A DNA stretch of 64,000 bases from a bacterium BMS3Abin02. GTDB lineage: Bacteria; Actinomycetota; Acidimicrobiia; Spongiisociales; UBA4744. Shown piece after piece: positions 58,750-64,000 of the stretch. The translations under genes were made by a program, and so were the position numbers. Numbering within the stretch: position 1 is the stretch's first letter; the number at the start of each line of letters is the position of its first letter. The notes below the pieces were generated by a model. It was not told where the DNA came from, ran no database searches, and worked only from the letters and a program-made list of their open reading frames with translations. The stretch is taken from positions 19,449-83,448 of the forward strand of contig BDSU01000003.1 in assembly GCA_002897675.1 (NCBI GenBank), read 5' to 3'.

Positions 58750-59354
58750 GCCCGATCGTCCAAGGCCTGATCTTCATCGCGGTGCTGGCGCCGTCCGTGA
58801 TTCTGCATGAGGTGGCCCACGGCTGGGTAGCGGAGCGATTCGGTGATACCACGGCACGAGACGCCGGCCGGATCACCCTCAATCCGCTCGTTCACATCGA
58901 TCCGATGGGAACGGTCATCCTTCCGGCGGTACTCGCATTGACGGGTGCGCCGGTATTCGGCTGGGCGAAGCCCGTCCCTGTCGTTCCCGCGCGTCTCCGA
59001 AGGCCGGTACGCGACATGGCGATCGTCGGGCTGGCCGGACCGGTCACCAACGGGATCCTTGCTCTGCTTGCGGGCCGATTGCTCCTGCCTGCGGTCTCGG
59101 GTTGGGTTGGTGTCGGCGTGTGGGCGTTCGCCTATGTCAATGTCGTGCTGGCGATCTTCAATCTGCTTCCGGTGCCACCCCTCGACGGCAGCCGTCTCCT
59201 GCCACTCTTTCTGGGCGCACGGGGTCGCAGCGTGTGGGCGTCGATCGAGCCGTTCGGTCTGTTGATCGTCTTCGCGCTCCTGTTCATCCCCAAGTTCTCG
59301 GTTGTTCTCATGGCACCGATCAGAGCACTCGCGCGGTTTGCAGGACTCGCATGA
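58746..59354 (+). CDS. site-2-protease-family (peptidase M50) membrane metalloprotease
   Basis: HExxH motif in a TM segment (VILHEVAHGW). About six TM segments. TTG start. Confidence 0.7.
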   Translation: MSPIVQGLIFIAVLAPSVILHEVAHGWVAERFGDTTARDAGRITLNPLVHIDPMGTVILPAVLALTGAPVFGWAKPVPVVPARLRRPVRDMAIVGLAGPVTNGILALLAGRLLLPAVSGWVGVGVWAFAYVNVVLAIFNLLPVPPLDGSRLLPLFLGARGRSVWASIEPFGLLIVFALLFIPKFSVVLMAPIRALARFAGLA

Positions 59355-59857
59355 GTGGTTTCAGAGGGTGGTGGCACCTCCTGCGGCGGTTTCTCGAAGT
59401 GCTGACGGCCCGTCCCCTCGATGCGCAGGAGAGAAGAGAGGCCTCGGACCTGCTGCGATCGGACGCCGAGAACAGGATCTTCTTCGACCAGTCTGCTGCG
59501 GACCAGCAGCATGGCCTCGCGGCTGCGAAGCTCGTGGCGGGCAGGATTGAACTCCAGCGAGCGGCACTGCTGCACGATGTCGGAAAACGACAGGCCGGAC
59601 TCGGAGTCTGGGGCAGATCGCTGGCCACCGCTCTCGCGGGGATCCACGTCGAAGTCCACGGTCGTTTCCGAACGTATCTCGATCACGGATCCCTCGGCGC
59701 CGACATCCTGGAAGAGCTCGGTGCGGAATCCATCGTCGTCGCCTTCGCACGACATCATCAGGGTGAGCGCCCTCCGACGATCACACCAGATGACTGGGAC
59801 ACGCTGCAACGTGCGGAGAGAAAAGCGCAAACCCTGTTGAAGAGGACAATACGATGA
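59351..59857 (+). CDS. HD-domain phosphohydrolase
   Basis: Start at the internal MSGFRGWW…. H…HD motif (…QQHGLAAAKL…LLHDVGK). The 251-aa table ORF overlaps the M50 gene. Confidence 0.5.
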   Translation: MSGFRGWWHLLRRFLEVLTARPLDAQERREASDLLRSDAENRIFFDQSAADQQHGLAAAKLVAGRIELQRAALLHDVGKRQAGLGVWGRSLATALAGIHVEVHGRFRTYLDHGSLGADILEELGAESIVVAFARHHQGERPPTITPDDWDTLQRAERKAQTLLKRTIR

Positions 59858-59864
59858 GGGCACC

Positions 59865-60629
59865 ATGAAGACCTATGAAGTCAAGACCTCCGTCTTCGAA
59901 GGACCTCTCGATCTGCTCCTGCAACTGATTACGAGACACCAGGTGGAGATCACGGCGGTGAACCTCGTCGATCTGGTGGACGAATACCTGGAAACACTGG
60001 AAACGCTCGGGCAACTCGACATGGACGTCACGAGTGGATTCGTCCTGATTGCCTCGACGTTGATCCAACTCAAGGCGCGTCGCCTGCTCCCCACGGACGA
60101 TGGGGTGGACATGGACGAGGAGCTCGAACTCATGGAGGAGCGAGACCGGCTCCTCTCGCGTCTGCTCGCGTGCGTGACGTTCAGAGACGTCGCCGCGGTG
60201 ATCGCGTACCACCTCGAAGAAGCCGGCCGATACGTGTCGCGCTCGGGTGGCATGGACTTCTCGCCGCTGCACAAGCCACCGGAAACGGTGTTCACGATCG
60301 ACGCCGAAGGACTTGCCGCTCTTGCCGGACGTCTACTCGACGCCACGGTGGCCGAGCCCGACCTCGATCATCTCGATCTCGATCTCCCGTCGGTGGGCGA
60401 GGCGATGGCCGATCTGAGAACCAGAGTCAGTGCAGCAGCCGAGGCAGACTTCTCCGACATCGTGGCACATGCGGAGCGAACGGTGGAGGTCGTCGCCTAC
60501 TTTCTCGCATTGCTGGAGTTGGCTCGCTGGGGCGTCGTAGAGGCAAGCCAGGCCGGGTGGCTGTCGGAAATTCACATCAAAGCCACCGAGGCCGGCTCGA
60601 GGGAGGAGGGCGTCAGTGAATGGGAGTGA
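59865..60629 (+). CDS. scpA: segregation and condensation protein A
   Basis: ScpA N-terminal sequence MKTYEVKTSVFEGPLDLLLQLI…. Confidence 0.85.
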   Translation: MKTYEVKTSVFEGPLDLLLQLITRHQVEITAVNLVDLVDEYLETLETLGQLDMDVTSGFVLIASTLIQLKARRLLPTDDGVDMDEELELMEERDRLLSRLLACVTFRDVAAVIAYHLEEAGRYVSRSGGMDFSPLHKPPETVFTIDAEGLAALAGRLLDATVAEPDLDHLDLDLPSVGEAMADLRTRVSAAAEADFSDIVAHAERTVEVVAYFLALLELARWGVVEASQAGWLSEIHIKATEAGSREEGVSEWE

Positions 60630-61188
60630 GACGACGGCAGTCTCGGTGCTCGAGGCGATCCTGTTCGTTGCGGAGGAGCCCGTGCCCATCGAAGAGTTGG
60701 CCGAGGTATTGGAGATGAGCACCGACCGCGTGCAATCGGAACTCGCCAAACTCGCCGGGGAACTGGACGACAGGGGATCAGGTCTGGTCGTACGCACCGT
60801 GGGAGGTGGCTGGCGCCTGTACGCGAGGCCAGGCGTGCGGGCCTACTTGGAACGCTATGCAACTACGCCAAGCGCTACCCGGCTCTCTCCGGCGGCGCTC
60901 GAAGTCCTGTCCATCGTCGCCTATGAGCAGCCGGTATCACGCGGGCAGATCGGAGAGATTCGCGGTGTCGATTCCGGATCCGCGGTTCGGACGCTGGAGC
61001 GGCGAGGCCTGATCGAAGAACGCGGGCGCCTCTCCGTGCCGGGCAACCCGGCCATATACGGCACCTCATCCCTCTTTCTCGAGAAGCTCGGCATCGGCTC
61101 ACTCGACGATCTCCCACCACTCGCCGATCACGTCCCGCCTTCGCAGGTCGTCGAATCGCTCGAGGACACGTTCCGTACAGACCTGTGA
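60616..61188 (+). CDS. scpB: segregation and condensation protein B
   Basis: Tandem winged helices (…LEAILFVAEEPV…). GTG start overlapping scpA. Confidence 0.85.
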   Translation: MNGSETTAVSVLEAILFVAEEPVPIEELAEVLEMSTDRVQSELAKLAGELDDRGSGLVVRTVGGGWRLYARPGVRAYLERYATTPSATRLSPAALEVLSIVAYEQPVSRGQIGEIRGVDSGSAVRTLERRGLIEERGRLSVPGNPAIYGTSSLFLEKLGIGSLDDLPPLADHVPPSQVVESLEDTFRTDL

Positions 61189-61901
61189 ACGAACGCCTCC
61201 AGAAGCTCATCGCTCATTCAGGGCTCACTTCGCGCCGCGGTGCGGAGGAACTCATACGGCAAGGAAGGGTGACGGTCGATGGAACCGCCGCTCATCTGGG
61301 GCAGAAGATCGACCCTGAGCAGGCATCCGTCTTGATAGATGGGGTTCCGCTCCCCGTGGCACCAGGTCTCGTCTACTACCTTCTGAACAAGCCGCCGGGG
61401 GTCGTCAGCACGGCGAGCGACCCTCAGGGCCGCCGGACGGTCGTCGAGATCGTGGGTGATCACACGAGGTTGTATCCGGTGGGACGGCTGGACGTGGACT
61501 CCGAGGGGTTGCTCATCCTCACGAACGACGGAGATCTTGCCCATCTGCTGATGCACCCGAGATTCGAAGTCGCCAAGACATATACGGTGCTTGTCGGCAC
61601 CAACCCGACCGCCCGTCAACTCCGGGATCTGCGAGAAGGCGTGGAGCTGGAAGACGGGCCTGCGGCAGCGCTGTCCGCACGGGTGATCGATCGTTCGGAG
61701 GGACAGGCGTTGATCGAGATCGTGATGGGCGAGGGACGCAAGCGGGAGGTCCGCCGGATGTGCGGCGAGGTCGGCCTACCGGTTTTGAGACTCGTTCGGA
61801 CGGCCATCGGTCCCTTGCGCGATCGTTCTCTTCGCCCCGGGTCATTTCGGTCATTGACCATTGAGGAAGTGCGAAATCTCTATGGAGCGGCGATCCCATG
61901 A
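61185..61901 (+). CDS. rluB: pseudouridine synthase (RsuA/RluB family) with S4 domain
   Basis: S4 motif and a catalytic Asp in …YPVGRLDVDSEGLLILTNDG…. Confidence 0.85.
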   Translation: MNERLQKLIAHSGLTSRRGAEELIRQGRVTVDGTAAHLGQKIDPEQASVLIDGVPLPVAPGLVYYLLNKPPGVVSTASDPQGRRTVVEIVGDHTRLYPVGRLDVDSEGLLILTNDGDLAHLLMHPRFEVAKTYTVLVGTNPTARQLRDLREGVELEDGPAAALSARVIDRSEGQALIEIVMGEGRKREVRRMCGEVGLPVLRLVRTAIGPLRDRSLRPGSFRSLTIEEVRNLYGAAIP

Positions 61902-63181
61902 GACGCTGCATGACACCAACCACTGCCCGAGGAGAGATCACCGTGCCGGGGTCTCGAAGCATCACGAACCGGGTTCTTGTGATGGCGGCCCTCGCCGAGG
62001 GAGTGAGCATCCTTCGGGGTGTTCCACTCTGTGACGACACAGAGGCGATGATCTCCGGATTGCGCAGTCTCGGTGTGAGAATCCGCAGGGACGACGACGA
62101 GTTCCAGGTCACAGGGACGGGCGGGAGAATCGGAAGACCCGGAGCAGCCGTCGATGCGATGGCCTCCGGCACGACTGCACGGTTCCTGACTGCGGTTGCA
62201 TGCCTTGGCAAGCAAGTGGCGGTTGTTGACGGTGTGAGGCGGCTGCGGGAACGACCTCTACGCCCCCTCGTCGAGGCGCTTGGGAGCATGGGAGCACACA
62301 TCGAAGGTGAACACCTGCCCATCGTTGCCGGGGGGAGCAGACTCACAGGTGGCAGTGTCGAGGTGGATGCCTCGGCGTCGAGCCAATTCGTCTCTGCACT
62401 GGCCCTCATCGGACCCGTGATCGACGGAGGCCTGTCGATCCGGTGGAGTGAACTCGTGTCGAGGCCTTTCGTCGAGATGACGGTGGAGGTCATGGCGATC
62501 TTCGGCGTGACGGCGGAGCTGTCCGATCGTGGTCTGACCATCCCGGACGGAGCTGCCTATCGGGCGGCCGAGATGTCGATCCCCCCTGACGCCGCATCTG
62601 CCGTATACCCGGCACTGGCTGCCGCCATCACGAAAGGCAGTGTCATGATCAAAGAACTGCGACGAGCACCTTCCCAGGCGGACTTGCGGGTCTTCCAGGT
62701 TCTCGAACAGATGGGCTGCCGTGTCGTATGGAGTGCAACGGGCGTGAGCGTGAACGGTCCTGAGCGGCTGCGTTCCGTGGACGCCGACATGGCCGGCGCC
62801 CCGGACGGAGCCCTCGCCGTAGCGATCGCAGCAGCATTCGCCGATGGGACATCGACCATCCGTGGACTCGGCACACTCGCAGCAAAAGAGAGCGACCGCA
62901 TTGCCGGACTCGCCGAAGGGTTGACAGCCATGGGGGCCGTCGTCGAGGTCCAGGCCGCCGGCCTTTCGATCACCTCCGGCGACCTTCGCGATGCGACCAT
63001 CGATCCGCGCGCGGACCATCGAATAGCGATGGTGTTCTCCGTTGCCGGGATCGCCAGGGAGGGGATCTGCGTGGAGGACACGGATTGTGTGAGCAAGACG
63101 TGGCCCGGCTTCTATGAAGACATGGCGCGAATCTCTGGTTCAGGCTGGGCACGGTCAAGCAGACGACAATCCGCCGGGTGA
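61898..63181 (+). CDS. aroA: 3-phosphoshikimate 1-carboxyvinyltransferase (EPSP synthase)
   Basis: EPT family, with LAAKESDRI and a C-terminal …KTWPGFYEDM. ATGA overlap with rluB. Confidence 0.75.
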   Translation: MRRCMTPTTARGEITVPGSRSITNRVLVMAALAEGVSILRGVPLCDDTEAMISGLRSLGVRIRRDDDEFQVTGTGGRIGRPGAAVDAMASGTTARFLTAVACLGKQVAVVDGVRRLRERPLRPLVEALGSMGAHIEGEHLPIVAGGSRLTGGSVEVDASASSQFVSALALIGPVIDGGLSIRWSELVSRPFVEMTVEVMAIFGVTAELSDRGLTIPDGAAYRAAEMSIPPDAASAVYPALAAAITKGSVMIKELRRAPSQADLRVFQVLEQMGCRVVWSATGVSVNGPERLRSVDADMAGAPDGALAVAIAAAFADGTSTIRGLGTLAAKESDRIAGLAEGLTAMGAVVEVQAAGLSITSGDLRDATIDPRADHRIAMVFSVAGIAREGICVEDTDCVSKTWPGFYEDMARISGSGWARSSRRQSAG

Positions 63182-63289
63182 TGCGGGTGCGAGGATCGAC
63201 GGGCGCCATCGAGATGCCATACCCCCTTCGACCTCGACCAAGACCCCGAGACCACCTCTCCCGGCGTCGGCCCTGAGGGCTCCTCCCAG

Positions 63290-63365
63290 GGGAGGAAACG
63301 GCGCTCGCTGGGGAAGAAACAGGCCGGGAGGGAGGCCGACGCCGGCCGGAGGGGGAGTACGGCAA
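63290..63365. repeat. degenerate relative of the 28.8/41.4-kb repeat family, upstream of cmk
   Basis: ggcgctcgctggggaagaaacaggccg is close to the reverse complement of 28909-28933. gggggagtacggcaaagccgg is close to ggggaagtacggcgaagccgg at 28945-28965. Confidence 0.35.
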
Positions 63366-63396
63366 AGCCGGCCCAGCCACTAGGGTTGCCCCGCCA

Positions 63397-64000
63397 TGGA
63401 GCATCTCGTGATCGCGATCGACGGGCCGGGAGGATCCGGCAAGACGACGGTGAGCCAGGCGCTCGCCAAAGCTCTGGGGGTGGCGCATCTGGATACCGGT
63501 GCGTTCTATCGGGCAGTCACTTTGGCGGCACTTCGGGCTGGAATCTCCGCCGCACCGGACCTGGCCGCTCTCGCGAAGCGTATCGATCTGCGCTACGAGG
63601 ACGGGCACATGTATCTCGACGGCGAGGACGTCTGTGGGGCGATTCGTTCGGAGCCGGTCAATGCGTTCGTGTCGGCGGTCAGTGCGGAGCCGGCTGTACG
63701 CAGAGCAATGGTCGAATGCCAGCGGCATTGGGTCCAGCGCCATGACGGTCGGGCTGTCGTCGAGGGCCGGGACATCGGGACCGTGGTCTTTCCGCACGCC
63801 GAACTGAAGGTCTTCCTCGTTGCACGGCCGGAAGTGAGAGCCGCACGCCGTGCACACGAACTCGACGCCCCCGGAGTAGAGAACGTGCAGGAGGACCTCG
63901 CGCGGCGGGACCACCTGGACTCTTCCCGCGCCGTGTCACCGCTGAGCATGGCAGAAGACGCCATCACGATCGACACATCCGACGTGAACGTGGACGACGT
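63397..64000 (+). CDS. cmk: cytidylate kinase (5' part; continues past the window end)
   Basis: MEHLVIAIDGPGGSGKTTVSQALA… P-loop. Open to the window edge, so it is not in the ORF table. Confidence 0.85.

Overview
This is a high-GC actinobacterial-type (Actinomycetota-like) chromosomal segment that is almost entirely coding. Many adjacent genes overlap by 4 nt (ATGA/GTGA), which suggests translational coupling.

Gene content from 5' to 3':
- **1-8.3 kb, minus strand:** a sulfate-assimilation/siroheme block: ferredoxin-type sulfite reductase, siroheme-synthase N-domain homologue, CysH, CobA, a cysteine synthase fused to a rhodanese domain, and a tandem-rhodanese SseA-like protein. A membrane PAS histidine kinase sits next to it.
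- **8.9-12.9 kb, minus strand:** a gntR / FAD-linked oxidase / glpD operon with a FadR-type palindromic operator at the gntR start.
- **13.7-21.6 kb, plus strand:** an unusual operon of HD-domain protein, MmgE/PrpD, fused LeuC/LeuD-type aconitase-family hydratase, isocitrate/isopropylmalate-dehydrogenase-family enzyme, a CitD-CitE fusion and CitF. No citC/citX/citG is present, and I do not recognise the gene set as any described pathway.
- **21.7-23.3 kb:** formimidoyltransferase-cyclodeaminase.
- **23.3-29.7 kb:** a transporter-rich patch (ABC-2 exporter, EamA, MFS, small membrane proteins, a holin-like pair).
- **30.0-31.9 kb:** a ThiS-like GG protein, a TtuA-like PP-loop thiolase and trmI.
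- **32.3-40.9 kb:** a complete Pup-proteasome locus in mycobacterial order: ferredoxin, mpa, dop, pup (ends GGE), prcB, prcA, pafA, pafB, pafC.
- **41.6-64.0 kb:** tatA/tatC, helY and a housekeeping run: lipid kinase, DUF4193, ppm-like GT2, nudix, DUF1015, HAD, rhomboid, tlyA, nadK, recN, pyrG, nudix, ald, xerD, dksA-like, M50 protease, HD, scpA, scpB, rluB, aroA, and the start of cmk.

A composite GC-rich repeat element occurs in the same orientation upstream of the MFS gene (28.75-29.0 kb) and upstream of tatA (41.34-41.58 kb), with a degenerate relative at about 63.3 kb. No rRNA, tRNA, CRISPR array, transposase or prophage block was recognised.
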